Source: Myxococcota bacterium (GTDB lineage Bacteria; Myxococcota_A; Polyangia; Nannocystales; Nannocystaceae). From it: a stretch of DNA of 64,000 nucleotides. The notes under the pieces were generated by a model. The model saw only the letters and a list, made by a program, of their open reading frames with translations, was not told the DNA's origin and ran no database searches. The stretch lies in assembly GCA_039028615.1 (NCBI GenBank), contig JBCCHT010000014.1:160001-224000 (forward strand), written 5' to 3'. Below, piece by piece: positions 1 to 9,780 of this stretch (position 1 is the first letter of the stretch; each line of letters opens with the position of its first letter). The position numbers and the translations under genes are program-made.

Positions 1-818
1 TAGCTCTCGCAGCTCGGGAGCGCGTCTTCGAGCACGCACAGCGAGTCGGGATCGCAGACCTCGTCCGCACAGGCGCCATCGCCTCCGGTAATCGTGGCCC
101 CGAGGGTCGGCACGCAGACCGGCAACCCATCGCCCGGCTCCGCCCGACACTCCTCGTCTTCGTCGCAGGCGACCGGGTCGAGCGGGTCGCACAGCGCCAG
201 GCAGACCGGCGCCGTCGCATCGTTCAGCGGGGCGCAGACCGAAGCCTCCGGGCACGCCTCGGGGTCCGTGGGATTGCAGAACGCCTCGCAGGTTCCGGTG
301 AGCGTCTCGGGATCGACCTCCCAACAAAACGCGAAGCGCTCGCAATCATCCAGGCCCGACGCGACGCCACCCTCCACTGTGCACGAGCCTCCGACGGGTA
401 CCGGGTCCGGCGCGATCGGTGAGCAGCGCGTCGAGTTCCACTCGTCGGAGCCATCGTTGGCCCACGGTGTGCAACGTTCATCCGAAGGGCAGTCCTGCAC
501 GATCACGTCGCACGTATAGGAGCAGTGCCACCGCGAGCCGTCGGGGCCGACTTCGACGCAGCTGCTGGTCGGGTCGTCGATGAACGCGGCGCCCGTCGAC
601 TCGGTCGACTCGCTGGACCCCGTCGTGCTGGTGGCCGTCGTCGTGCTGGTGGCGGGCGGCAGGCCTCCCGTGCTGTCGTCCGAGGGAATGCCGGAACCGC
701 TGGCGCTCGGGCCTCCGGTGGTGGAATCGGGCGACTCACCCGTGTCTTGGAGGCTGGGATCGAGGCTCGGGCCACAGGCCACCACGAACGCCAGCGACGC
801 CCACAATGTCGACCTCAT
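1..818 (-). CDS. Cys-rich lipoprotein with Ser/Thr-rich linker, partial (runs off the left edge)
   Basis: Not in the ORF track because it has no stop in the window. Manual translation from ATG 818 gives MRSTLWASLAFVVAC (lipobox-like), then a S/T/G-rich linker, then CDVIVQDCPSDERCTPWANDGSDEWNSTRCSPI...LDDCERFAFCWEVDPETLTGTC. This repeated-Cys pattern is common in Nannocystaceae-like myxobacteria. The frame is open to position 1. Confidence 0.85.
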   Translation of the reverse strand, partial: MRSTLWASLAFVVACGPSLDPSLQDTGESPDSTTGGPSASGSGIPSDDSTGGLPPATSTTTATSTTGSSESTESTGAAFIDDPTSSCVEVGPDGSRWHCSYTCDVIVQDCPSDERCTPWANDGSDEWNSTRCSPIAPDPVPVGGSCTVEGGVASGLDDCERFAFCWEVDPETLTGTCEAFCNPTDPEACPEASVCAPLNDATAPVCLALCDPLDPVACDEDEECRAEPGDGLPVCVPTLGATITGGDGACADEVCDPDSLCVLEDALPSCES

Positions 819-1247
819 CGGTACTCTCGCCCTCAAGACCAACAAAACATACTATCAAAACCTTCATAACTTCAACCGAGATGCTCTTTCTTTCGTGGAC
901 CCCGATCGGCGCTTGTGACGCAATACGCGGACGGCCGCTCTCCTTAGGCGACCAACCGCACGTTCGGGCCGAGGGCAGCCGTGCTCTCCTCGTTTCACGA
1001 TCGAAGCCCGACACCGACCCAACCCCAGCGAAATCATCCTTGCCGTTTCGAACCTCGGCCGATCACTCGCGTCCACGGCCGCCCTCTCGACAGCGTGTTG
1101 GCCGATCGGAATTCAACGGTTCGTTTCCGAGCCGACGCCACCCACGTCTCGTTCTTCTCCTGCGACAGTGAGTTGAATCGAACGAAGACTATCCCTTTCG
1201 TCACTCGCATCATGGTCACCGGAAAAAGTCATGCTATCAGGAAAACC

Positions 1248-1559
1248 ATGACACCTCGCAGAGGACGACACCTCGGCATTCACTGCATGCTCGCCCTGTG
1301 TATCAGCACAGTCTCACTATATGGATGTGACGACGTCGAAGACATCGAAGACATCGAAGACATCGAACTCGAAGAAGAGGACGAGGACGTCGAGTTCCGT
1401 GGCGTTTCCGCCCTCGAGTATTGCGCGACGCTCGACATGATCTTGGCGAACAACCCACTGTCACGCGACGCCCAGTTCGGCGCCGCAATCGGCTGGAATC
1501 ACGCCAATTGCAACCAATTCTCTCCGGTCGAACTGTGGAACAACTGGCCCACGCACTGA
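1248..1559 (+). CDS. Small putative lipoprotein (103 aa) with an acidic pro-like segment
   Basis: ATG 1248 lies in ORF 981..1559 and follows AGGAAAA. Signal-like segment ends LYGC, then DDVEDIEDIEDIELEEEDEDVEFR, then a 52-aa C-terminal region with two Cys. Confidence 0.7.
   Translation: MTPRRGRHLGIHCMLALCISTVSLYGCDDVEDIEDIEDIELEEEDEDVEFRGVSALEYCATLDMILANNPLSRDAQFGAAIGWNHANCNQFSPVELWNNWPTH
1338..1364 (+). repeat. 9-bp tandem repeat (GAAGACATC)x3 encoding EDI EDI EDI
   Basis: Read directly from the sequence. Confidence 0.9.
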
Positions 1560-1578
1560 GCTGAGCCAGCCATTCACC

Positions 1579-1613
1579 GAGCCCGGGCTGTAGAAAATTC
1601 GCAGCCCGGACTC
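1579..1613 (+). terminator. Possible hairpin downstream of the 1248-1559 gene
   Basis: CCGGGCTG ... CAGCCCGG inverted repeat with GAG/CTC extension. No clear U-tract. Confidence 0.35.
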
Positions 1614-1838
1614 GCATGAGTTGAACTCGTCACATTTTCATGTCGCATTGGTGACAACAACGTCAATCGAGCGACCTCGTCGAGAGGACAACGCGAGCTA
1701 GGATCTACAATTGGGCCACAATAATTGAACACTCGGTCTCATGAGCTGGCCGAGTCATAAACCTCGGTAGCGTGTGCACATTTCGTGCAGTCACGGGCTC
1801 CCGCGCCGTAAAGATGCCGGGGCCGAAGTTTGGTCGAC

Positions 1839-2267
1839 CTACTCGTCGCCGGGCGTCGGCACGCGACCGTCGCAATCGCGGCGCTCGACCACCTCGATGC
1901 GATCGCCGTCGACCTGCACCGTGGTGTGGGTCCCCGCGGGCACGCCCACCCTACGCGTGGCGACCGGCTTCCCCGAGACCCACAGTTCCGCCGCGAGCCG
2001 CCCCTTGGCGCCGTCGGGGCCGACCACGCACTCGCCCGGCAGCACCACCGTCTCGCCCAGCCGCAGCTCGTGCAGGCCATCGTCGTCCCCCGACAGGCAC
2101 AGCACGGGCGGCGAGTCGGGCGCGCATGCGCGCCGGTCGGTGGAGTGCCAGCCCTGCGTGGGCGCACAGCCCACGGCGGCCGCCAGCGCAGCACCCAGGG
2201 CCCAACGCGCGGCGGCGCGTGGTTTGTGGCAAGCTGAACGGCGGTGGCGCGGCGTCGCGACAACCAT
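1839..2267 (-). CDS. Hypothetical lipoprotein
   Basis: 3' part of ORF 1839..2720. Hydrophobic stretch WALGAALAAAVGC followed by a beta-rich, Cys-containing domain. Start uncertain: ATG 2267 overlaps the divergent DUF721 gene start. Confidence 0.55.
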   Translation of the reverse strand: MVVATPRHRRSACHKPRAAARWALGAALAAAVGCAPTQGWHSTDRRACAPDSPPVLCLSGDDDGLHELRLGETVVLPGECVVGPDGAKGRLAAELWVSGKPVATRRVGVPAGTHTTVQVDGDRIEVVERRDCDGRVPTPGDE

Positions 2268-2714
2268 GGGAACTCGGTCCAGGCCTCTCGCCTGGCGTGG
2301 CGCGAGGTGTTCAAGACGGTCCCTCGCGACCGCATCGATCTGGCGCGATTGCAGAACGCGTGGCCGGGCATCGTGCCGCGGCACATGCAGGAAGTGGCCT
2401 GGCCGGCGTGGCTGGCCGAGGGGCGCCTCATCGTGCACGTCGAGGACAACCAGTGGCTGCACGAGCTCAACTACATGCGCGCCGACCTGCTCTCCGAGCT
2501 GCGGCGTGCCTGCCCCCGCACCCGGCTGGTCGAGCTGCGGCTGCGGGTGGGTGAGGTGGAGATCACGCCCCCGCCCGAGCGTCCGCCCGAGCCCAAGATC
2601 CAGGGACTCCCCGCGGAGCCCGAGCGAGCGACCCTCGACGCCATGCAGTCGATCGACGACGACCAGCTGCGCGACGCCATCGCGGCGGCCCGCCTCGCCC
2701 TGGGCTCGCGCTGA
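2244..2714 (+). CDS. DUF721 / DciA-family protein
   Basis: Pattern LARLQNAWPGIV...GRLIVHVEDNQWLHELNYMRADLL...LRLRVG fits DUF721/DciA. Confidence 0.8.
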   Translation: MARRRDNHGNSVQASRLAWREVFKTVPRDRIDLARLQNAWPGIVPRHMQEVAWPAWLAEGRLIVHVEDNQWLHELNYMRADLLSELRRACPRTRLVELRLRVGEVEITPPPERPPEPKIQGLPAEPERATLDAMQSIDDDQLRDAIAAARLALGSR

Positions 2715-2716
2715 GC

Positions 2717-3523
2717 TCACGAGGACGACTTCTCCGGGCGAGTGAGCGCGGCAGCGATGGAGGCGACCTTGGCTCCCAACGCCTCGGTCCCCTGCTGGGC
2801 CGCTTCGATGAAGGCGGATCCGACGACGATGCCGTCGACGTGGGGCGCCAAGGCGGCAGCCTGCTCGGGCTCGCGGATGCCGAAGCCCACCGCGATGGGC
2901 CGCTCGGTGTGCTCGCCGATGGCCCGCAGCTGAGCGGCCAGCTCCTCGCTGTTGGCGTCGAGCGCCGCCCCGGTCACGCCGCGCAGCGCCACCGCATAGA
3001 CGAAGCCCGAGGCGGCCTTGGCCACCGAGGGCAGCCGCGAGGCGGGAGTGGTGGGCGCCACGAGGGTCACCCAGCCGATGCCCGCCGCTTCGACCGGGTC
3101 GCGAAGCTCGGCCGCATGCTCGGGCGGCAGGTCGACCACGAGCACCGCGTCGATGCCCGCCTCGCTCAGCCGCGAGCCCAACGCGTCACCCAGCTGCAAC
3201 AGCGGGTTGGCGTACGAGAACAAGACGATGGGACCGTCCCAGCCGGAGCGCAGCTCGGCCGCCAGCTCGAGCACCCCGGCCATGGTGGACCCGGCCGCCC
3301 GCGCCCGATTCATCGCCCCCTGCACCGCGTCCCCGTCGGCCGCAGGATCGGAGAACGCCACCCCGAGCTCGATGACGTCGACACCATGCTCCACGGCCGC
3401 GCGAAGCAGCGCCAGCGAGGTGTCGCGATCGGGGTCGAACGCGGTCAGGTACCCGACCAGCGCGGCCCGGTTGCGCTCGCGGCAGGCAGCAAAGGTCTCG
3501 GCGATGCGATCACGAGCGGTCAT
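2717..3523 (-). CDS. trpA: Tryptophan synthase alpha chain
   Basis: [42 protein letters not shown] motifs. ATGA-coupled to trpB. Confidence 0.97.
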   Translation of the reverse strand: MTARDRIAETFAACRERNRAALVGYLTAFDPDRDTSLALLRAAVEHGVDVIELGVAFSDPAADGDAVQGAMNRARAAGSTMAGVLELAAELRSGWDGPIVLFSYANPLLQLGDALGSRLSEAGIDAVLVVDLPPEHAAELRDPVEAAGIGWVTLVAPTTPASRLPSVAKAASGFVYAVALRGVTGAALDANSEELAAQLRAIGEHTERPIAVGFGIREPEQAAALAPHVDGIVVGSAFIEAAQQGTEALGAKVASIAAALTRPEKSSS

Positions 3524-4722
3524 TGGTCTCCCTCACCCTGCTGCATGTCCTGGCGCGCCATCACGGTGTGCATGTCCTTGTCCCCGCGCCCCGACAGGTT
3601 GAGCATCAAGGTGCGCGAAGGGTCTTCTTTGGCGAGCGCGGGCAAGGCGGCCACGGCATGGGCCGTCTCGAGCGCGGGAATGATGCCTTCGGTCCGCGAC
3701 AGCAGCTTCAGCCCCTCGAGCGCCTCTTCGTCGGTCACGCTCATGTAGCGAGCGCGGCCGGTCTCGGCGAGGTAGGCGTGCTCGGGGCCGATGCCCGGGT
3801 AGTCGAGCCCGGCCGAGATCGAGTGCGCCTCTTGGAGCTGCCCGTCGCCGTCTTGCAGCACCAGGCTGCGCATGCCGTGGTAGATGCCCAGCTGGCCCTG
3901 GCTCATGGTGGCGGCGTGCTTGCCCTGCAGGCCTTCACCCGCTGCCTCGACGCCGATCAGGTCGACCCCGGCATCATCGACGAAGCCGCTGAAGATGCCC
4001 ATCGCGTTGGAGCCTCCGCCCACGCAGGCGACCACCGCCCCGGGCAGCTCGCCGGTCATGCTCAGGCACTGCTCGCGCGCCTCGGTCCCGATGACGCGGT
4101 GCAGCTCGCGGACCATGGTCGGATAGGGATCCGGGCCCATCACGCTGCCGATGAGGTAGTGGGTGTCGTCGACGTTGGCGACCCAGTCGCGCAGCGCCTC
4201 GTTGATGGCGTCCTTGAGCGTGGCCGAGCCGGAGTGCACGGGCACGACCTCGGCCCCCAGCAGGCGCATGCGGAACACGTTGAGCGCCTGCCGCTCGACA
4301 TCCACCGCGCCCATGTACACGACGCAGGGCAACCCGAAGTGAGCACAGACCGTCGCCGTGGCCACGCCGTGCTGGCCCGCGCCGGTCTCCGCGATGATGC
4401 GGGTCTTGCCGAGCCTGCGCGCGAGCAGCACTTGCCCCACGCAGTTGTTGATCTTGTGGGAACCGGTGTGGTTGAGGTCCTCGCGCTTGAGCAAGACCTT
4501 GGCCGCACCGATGGCCTCGGCCAGGCGCGGCGCCGGAGTCAGCGGCGACGGACGGCCCACGTACTCGGCCAAGATCCGGCGGTACTCCGCCCGGAAGCTC
4601 TCGTCCGGCCAGGTCTCCGCCCACGCCTTGCCCAGTGCCTCCACGACGGGCATGAGGGTTTCGGCAACGTAGCGACCCCCGAAGGGGCCGAACTCGAGTG
4701 ACGGGCCTGACGAGGCAGTCAT
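3520..4722 (-). CDS. trpB: Tryptophan synthase beta chain
   Basis: [24 protein letters not shown] (PLP lysine), [44 protein letters not shown] 4722 overlaps the trpF stop (ATGA). Confidence 0.98.
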   Translation of the reverse strand: MTASSGPSLEFGPFGGRYVAETLMPVVEALGKAWAETWPDESFRAEYRRILAEYVGRPSPLTPAPRLAEAIGAAKVLLKREDLNHTGSHKINNCVGQVLLARRLGKTRIIAETGAGQHGVATATVCAHFGLPCVVYMGAVDVERQALNVFRMRLLGAEVVPVHSGSATLKDAINEALRDWVANVDDTHYLIGSVMGPDPYPTMVRELHRVIGTEAREQCLSMTGELPGAVVACVGGGSNAMGIFSGFVDDAGVDLIGVEAAGEGLQGKHAATMSQGQLGIYHGMRSLVLQDGDGQLQEAHSISAGLDYPGIGPEHAYLAETGRARYMSVTDEEALEGLKLLSRTEGIIPALETAHAVAALPALAKEDPSRTLMLNLSGRGDKDMHTVMARQDMQQGEGDQ

Positions 4723-5372
4723 GATTCGGGGTAGTTGTGGCAAATCGCGGCCAGGGCCGCAATCTTGGCCGCGTCCTTACGCCGTGGATCGCCGGTTCGC
4801 TCTGCACCGCTGGCCACATCCAGTCCGGCGGGATTCACCTGGCGCAGGGCGGCCGCGGCATTGTCGGGTGTGATCCCGCCCGCCAGCCAGACCGGCGCGC
4901 CGTCGAGTCGTTGCACCGCCGTGGCGGCCCACGACCAATCGGTGGTCTTGCCCACCCCGCCGTAGCCGGGCACGTGGGCGTCCAGCAGGATCCACGCCGG
5001 GGCCGGCGACGGGATCTCCAGCGTCTCCAAGTCCGGCGTTCCGCGCACGACCCAGAGCCAGGGAAAACCCAGTCGCGCGTAGGGCAATGGCGAGGCGTCG
5101 CCATGCAATTGAACCGCATCCAGCCCGATCTCCTCGACCGCCGCCTTCACCTCCTCGGGTGAGGGGTCGACGAATACGCCCACCAACGACGCTGCACCTC
5201 CGCCATCGCGCACCCGCTGCGCCAAGGGCTTGGCCTCCGCCACCGTGAGCGCCCGCTTGGACTTGGGCCACAGGTTCAGGCCGATCGCATCGACCCGGTG
5301 CTCGAGACAGGCATCGATGTCGTCGAGGTGGGTGACTCCACAGACCTTCAGGGACGCTCGACCGGCCGCCAC
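4719..5372 (-). CDS. trpF: Phosphoribosylanthranilate isomerase
   Basis: KVCGVT, VGVFVD, VQLHG, LLDA...[27 protein letters not shown]. Confidence 0.95.
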   Translation of the reverse strand: MAAGRASLKVCGVTHLDDIDACLEHRVDAIGLNLWPKSKRALTVAEAKPLAQRVRDGGGAASLVGVFVDPSPEEVKAAVEEIGLDAVQLHGDASPLPYARLGFPWLWVVRGTPDLETLEIPSPAPAWILLDAHVPGYGGVGKTTDWSWAATAVQRLDGAPVWLAGGITPDNAAAALRQVNPAGLDVASGAERTGDPRRKDAAKIAALAAICHNYPES

Positions 5373-5385
5373 GGGGCCGAGTCTA
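5373..5385 (-). promoter_or_regulatory. Putative -10 element (TAGACT) 7 nt before the trpF GTG, leaderless-type
   Basis: Minus strand reads TAGACT-CGGCCCC-GTG with no Shine-Dalgarno. Confidence 0.45.
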
Positions 5386-5496
5386 GACCAACTCGACCGA
5401 GCGAGCCTCCGTCGCTTCGCCGGATTTTCGCGAACGAACAGCGTTTATGCAGCGATGCATCGTCCGGGGGCCGAAGCCCGCCCTCACAGGTTCCGC

Positions 5497-6306
5497 ATGA
5501 CGCGTGGACACCCACTTTTCACCGCCATCGTCCTGGTGGCGGCGGGCTGCACGGCACGGAACCCGCTGTTCGATCCCGATGGCGACGCTGGTTCCGCCGA
5601 GGCCAGCGGTATGAGCGGCGGTGACTCCGGCACCACGGGCGGCGTGCTGCCCGGACCCGACACTCGCGATGGTTCGACCGGAGATCCAGATCGGCCCCTG
5701 CCGGACGGAAGCACGAGTGACGACGGGAAGGGCAGCTCGTCGGGATCCGCCGAATCGAGTGCGTCCACCTCCGATGCGGTGTCCGAGTCGTCGACCGGAG
5801 AGCCCGCCGACTGCGATCCGCTCGAGCTCGTGGATGTCACGTGCTCGGATTTCGACGCGGGCCTCACGGGTGAAGTGCACTGCACCGCGGCCGGAGACTA
5901 CGACCTGCGCAGCTGCAGCGACCAAAACCCGTGCAACATCAATTCCCCGGACGAAGGTGCGTACGTCGACGGGGCATGCTGGCTCGTCGTCCCGTCCGGC
6001 GGGTGTGACATCCACTTCGACGTCCCCGCGTTTTGTGCCTCCCACGGGGCCACGGGCTCTCACGGATGGATCGGAGGCCTGCACTGGAATCCGCAGCGGG
6101 CCAACGCAATCGCGCTCCAGCTCGGGTTGCCCTACGTCGGGACCACCCAGACGACGGTCGGCTTCGCGTTCGTCGACGGTGAGGCGGGCACCCTCAACCT
6201 GTCTGCGGCTACATTGATGGACGATGAATTCGTCGGCTACACGAACTGGGGCATCTGCGGCAACCTGGAGGACATGCGGAACCTGATCTACTGCACCCCC
6301 GCGTAG
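5497..6306 (+). CDS. Cys-rich lipoprotein with Ser/Gly-rich linker
   Basis: MTRGHPLFTAIVLVAAGC lipobox, long S/G/D/T low-complexity linker, Cys-rich C-terminal domain. Confidence 0.75.
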   Translation: MTRGHPLFTAIVLVAAGCTARNPLFDPDGDAGSAEASGMSGGDSGTTGGVLPGPDTRDGSTGDPDRPLPDGSTSDDGKGSSSGSAESSASTSDAVSESSTGEPADCDPLELVDVTCSDFDAGLTGEVHCTAAGDYDLRSCSDQNPCNINSPDEGAYVDGACWLVVPSGGCDIHFDVPAFCASHGATGSHGWIGGLHWNPQRANAIALQLGLPYVGTTQTTVGFAFVDGEAGTLNLSAATLMDDEFVGYTNWGICGNLEDMRNLIYCTPA

Positions 6307-6328
6307 GACGACCTCGGGTGCCCGCCCG

Positions 6329-7387
6329 TCAGCCCGAGGTGCGAGCCGAACGGTCGCGCCACGCGGCGGGCGTCTGCCCCGTCCATCGCCGAAACGACCG
6401 ATGAAACGTGCTCGGCTCGCTGTAGCCGAGCAGGTACGCGACCTCGTGAATCGCCACGGAAGGGTCGGCCAGCCACGCCTGGGCCAGCCGTTGTCGGACC
6501 GACTCGAGCAGCTCTCGAAACGACGCGCCCTCTTCTTGGAGGCGTCGGCCCAGCGTGCGAGGGCTCAGCCCCATGCGCTGGGCGACTTGTTCCTTGCTGG
6601 TCACCCCTTGGGTCAGCTCCTCGAGCAGCAGCGCCTCGACCTGCTGCGCACAGCCCTCTTCGACCGGTTCTTGGGGTTTGAGCGCCTCGAGCAGGCGCAG
6701 CAACGAAGGCTGGAGCTCGGGTCGCGCCCCGACGACGGGCAGGTCGAGCACATCGGACGGTAGCGTGAGCGCGTTGAGCTCGGCACCGAATTCGGCGGGA
6801 CAACCCACCCGCTGCTCGAACTCTTCGGGCGGCCCCGCGGGGTGGTGACGAAACTGCAGGCGTCGCGGATTCCAGGGGACCCCCGTCAGCCGTCGCCCGA
6901 GCATGACCCACAGCGCCAGCTGGGTCTCCAACGGAAACGCCAGCGCCTGCATCCGCGGGTGGGCCTCCACGATGATGCGCGGCTCGGGTTCGTCGGTGAG
7001 CTGCCAGGACACGGCCGGCGACAAGATCGCCTGGTAGCGCATGAACGCACCGAGAGCGGCGCGGAGGTTGGCGCAGTGGCGAATCGCATAACCCAGGACC
7101 CCGAGCATCGACGGCCGCACGTAGTCCAGCGTCGCCAATCCGATGTTCATGCCCGGTCGAGCTCGAGCCATCGCCTCCCCCAGCGCGATCTGCTGGGACA
7201 GGAGCACGTACCCATCGCGATCGACCAGCGCCGATTCCTCGAGTCCGATCTCGGCCAGCAATGTCGCTCGGTCGAGTCCGAGGCCAGCCGCCGCATGCAA
7301 CACCAAGTGCATGACGGAAATCTGAACCTTCGGATCGTCGGGTGTCTCCACCGACCACGAGAATACCGCGGTGGCCGCTTCGGCCAA
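6329..7387 (-). CDS. AraC-family transcriptional regulator (N-terminal ligand-binding domain plus C-terminal HTH)
   Basis: LGVLGYAIRHCANLRAAL; C-terminal VAQRMGLSPRTLGRRLQEEGASFRELL...IHEVAYLLGYSEPSTFHRSFRRWTGQTP. Confidence 0.93.
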   Translation of the reverse strand: MAEAATAVFSWSVETPDDPKVQISVMHLVLHAAAGLGLDRATLLAEIGLEESALVDRDGYVLLSQQIALGEAMARARPGMNIGLATLDYVRPSMLGVLGYAIRHCANLRAALGAFMRYQAILSPAVSWQLTDEPEPRIIVEAHPRMQALAFPLETQLALWVMLGRRLTGVPWNPRRLQFRHHPAGPPEEFEQRVGCPAEFGAELNALTLPSDVLDLPVVGARPELQPSLLRLLEALKPQEPVEEGCAQQVEALLLEELTQGVTSKEQVAQRMGLSPRTLGRRLQEEGASFRELLESVRQRLAQAWLADPSVAIHEVAYLLGYSEPSTFHRSFRRWTGQTPAAWRDRSARTSG

Positions 7388-7446
7388 TGGTTTGGCTCAA
7401 AGTGTCCGTAGCCCCCACGTTGGCCGACATTACAGTGTCAATTGCG

Positions 7447-8388
7447 ATGGAACTGGTCATCCCCGAACCCCACGAGGCCCACGCCGGTCTGCGCGCAATC
7501 AAGACCGTGCTCACCTGCGAGGCCCCCCTCAACCCCATCGAGACCAAGCTGCTCGAGGCGGCGCAGACCCACATCCTGCGCCACCAGGTGGACCTCGAGG
7601 CGTTGAGCCCCATCGCGCCCGCCGAGCTGGCCCAGGCCGTGACGCGCCCGGAGGTGCGGGCTCAGCTCGTGCGCGGGATGGTGATCGGCAGCTTCGCCAG
7701 CGGCGACGCCAACGAGACTCAGCTCGAGCTCATCGGCACCTTCGCCGCCGCGCTGGGCGTGGAGCCCCCGGCCCTCGAAGAGCTCCGTCGCTTGGTCCAC
7801 AAGCAGCTCGCCACGCTGCGCTTCGACGTGCTGCGCAAGATGTACATCGGCCAGGCCATCGGATCGATCTGGGACGACGAAGGCTTCCGCGGGATCATGA
7901 AGGTCATCGGCAGCTTTCGCGGCTGGCGCGAAGAACCCGAGCTCGCCGCCCGCTACCAGGCCATGGGCGAGCTGCCGCTCGGCACCCTCGGTCGCGAGTT
8001 CTACGAACACTGTCGTCGCCACGAGTTCCCGCTGCCCGGCGAGCGCTTCTGCGGCCCCGAGCTGATGGTCCGCCACGACATGGCCCACGTGCTCGGCGGC
8101 TACGGCAGTGACCCCGAGGGCGAGATGCAGGTCGCGGCCTTCACCGCGGGCTTCCGCCGCGAGCAGAGCATGCACATCCTGCTCTTCGTGCTCTGCCAGT
8201 TCGACCTGGGGATCCAGATGGTGCCCGTGGCCGCGCCCGAGTTCGGCAACCTCGACGCCGACCTGTTCCTGCGCGCGCTGGCCCGTGGCGCCCGCATGAA
8301 CCTCGACCTGTTCGACTGGGACTACTGGGCGGTCATAGAACAGCCGGTCACCGCGCTTCGCGAGCGCTACGGCATCACGGCGGCGTGA
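7447..8388 (+). CDS. Coq4-like protein with an N-terminal TerB-like helical region
   Basis: LPLGTLGREF and HDMAHVLGGYGSDPEGE match the Coq4 HDxxH-x11-E metal motif; ends LRERYGI. Divergent from the AraC gene. Confidence 0.7.
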   Translation: MELVIPEPHEAHAGLRAIKTVLTCEAPLNPIETKLLEAAQTHILRHQVDLEALSPIAPAELAQAVTRPEVRAQLVRGMVIGSFASGDANETQLELIGTFAAALGVEPPALEELRRLVHKQLATLRFDVLRKMYIGQAIGSIWDDEGFRGIMKVIGSFRGWREEPELAARYQAMGELPLGTLGREFYEHCRRHEFPLPGERFCGPELMVRHDMAHVLGGYGSDPEGEMQVAAFTAGFRREQSMHILLFVLCQFDLGIQMVPVAAPEFGNLDADLFLRALARGARMNLDLFDWDYWAVIEQPVTALRERYGITAA

Positions 8389-9595
8389 CCGACTGCGTGG
8401 GCCAGCCCATCATCGACCGCAGCGCCGCGGTGTTCATGTTGACTCCGTAGATCACGCCCTGATCGCGGGCTCGATCGACCGCGGCGCTCAGGTCGTCTCG
8501 GGTCTTGCCCCGAGATTGGAACACGGGCCGAGCAAAGACGGTGACCCGGTCCATCTCGATGTCGGCGGCCTCCAGCGCGGCCACGAACTCGGGCATGCGG
8601 TCGTGGACGTCCTCGGTGCGCTCGGTGCCCGGGATCAAGGGCCCACCGACCCATACGTAGACGTGGTGGCCGGGGCCGCTGCCCGCGGGCACCAGCATCT
8701 CGAGCACCTCGATGGCTCGCTGCACGTCCGACTCGCGCGTGATGTCGTAGCGCTCGATGGCCATGGCGCCGTCGCGCAGCCGTCGGCGATAGACATACTC
8801 GCGGGTCAGCGCGATAGCCTCGGGATCGAGGGCGCGTCCGTGAACCACGAGCCCTTTGCCTTCGTCGACGATCTCATGCTCGCTGGGGTTTTCGACGAAC
8901 AATGGGATCACCCGATCGTGGCGCATGCGAACGCCGAAGTACGCCCGATCACTCTCGGCGATGATCTCCCCGCCCTCGGCCGCCACCGCCTCGGGGCCAC
9001 GACTGGCCGCCGCGCGTAGACGCTCGGCGGCCGCGGCCAGGGTATGAACCGAGGTTCGGGCGTTCGCGACACGCAGCTGGTCGTCGGCGCTGGCCGAAGC
9101 CTTCGACTTCGTGGCCCACCGATGCAGCGACTCGCTGGTGGGAAAGCCACCGAAGAGCTTGGCCGGGGTATCGAGCGTGGCCCAAGCCTCGTCGTCGTCG
9201 AGCGCGGGCGTCTGCACGGGCGCCGTCACCCGCCCCGCCCGAGCGTCGTGCACCGCCACCGTCACCCAGTTGGGCGGCAGCATCAGGGCACACGAAGGAT
9301 GGTGAACCGGGTGATCCTGCTGGCTGAACAACGCATCGCGCAGCAGGAACAGCCCCTTGCTGGCCTTCGCCAGTGCCTGGGTCCGCTCGGCGTCGGCACA
9401 CGCGGGCGCATGGTCTTCGAAGGGCGCCCGCAAAGCCCGGTTGTTGCCCTCGTAGCGCAGGTTGGAGAACACCCGCCGCGTGCGACGGCTCAGGCGCGGC
9501 ACCACGTGCGCGTGATCGGCCGGCGCGGTCCAGGACTCCAGCGTGGGAGCGGAAGTCGAGGTCGCGAGGGCCAGCAGCATCGATGACAGGATCAT
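8375..9595 (-). CDS. Hypothetical secreted protein
   Basis: ATG 9595 gives MILSSMLLALATSTSA (signal-like) and about 406 aa of plausible protein. No family recognised. Confidence 0.65.
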   Translation of the reverse strand: MILSSMLLALATSTSAPTLESWTAPADHAHVVPRLSRRTRRVFSNLRYEGNNRALRAPFEDHAPACADAERTQALAKASKGLFLLRDALFSQQDHPVHHPSCALMLPPNWVTVAVHDARAGRVTAPVQTPALDDDEAWATLDTPAKLFGGFPTSESLHRWATKSKASASADDQLRVANARTSVHTLAAAAERLRAAASRGPEAVAAEGGEIIAESDRAYFGVRMRHDRVIPLFVENPSEHEIVDEGKGLVVHGRALDPEAIALTREYVYRRRLRDGAMAIERYDITRESDVQRAIEVLEMLVPAGSGPGHHVYVWVGGPLIPGTERTEDVHDRMPEFVAALEAADIEMDRVTVFARPVFQSRGKTRDDLSAAVDRARDQGVIYGVNMNTAALRSMMGWPTQSVTPP

Positions 9596-9691
9596 GGGCT
9601 CGTTCGAGGATCGGAGGCGCGGGGACCCAACGCAAGGATCCGGCCCGAAAACGTCGACCCCCGGGCAGACATTCCCACAACCGCCCACCAC

Positions 9692-9751
9692 AAAAAGGCG
9701 CCCCCGCGCCGGCACCGATCCACTGAGGTCGATGCCGCACCGCGGGGGCGC
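9692..9751 (-). terminator. Rho-independent terminator after the phospholipase D gene
   Basis: GCGCCCCCGCG (9698-9708) pairs with CGCGGGGGCGC (9741-9751), has an inner stem, and is followed by TTTTT on the minus strand. Confidence 0.7.
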
Positions 9752-9780
9752 AGGGGACTCGATGAGGCGAGAGAGGAACT

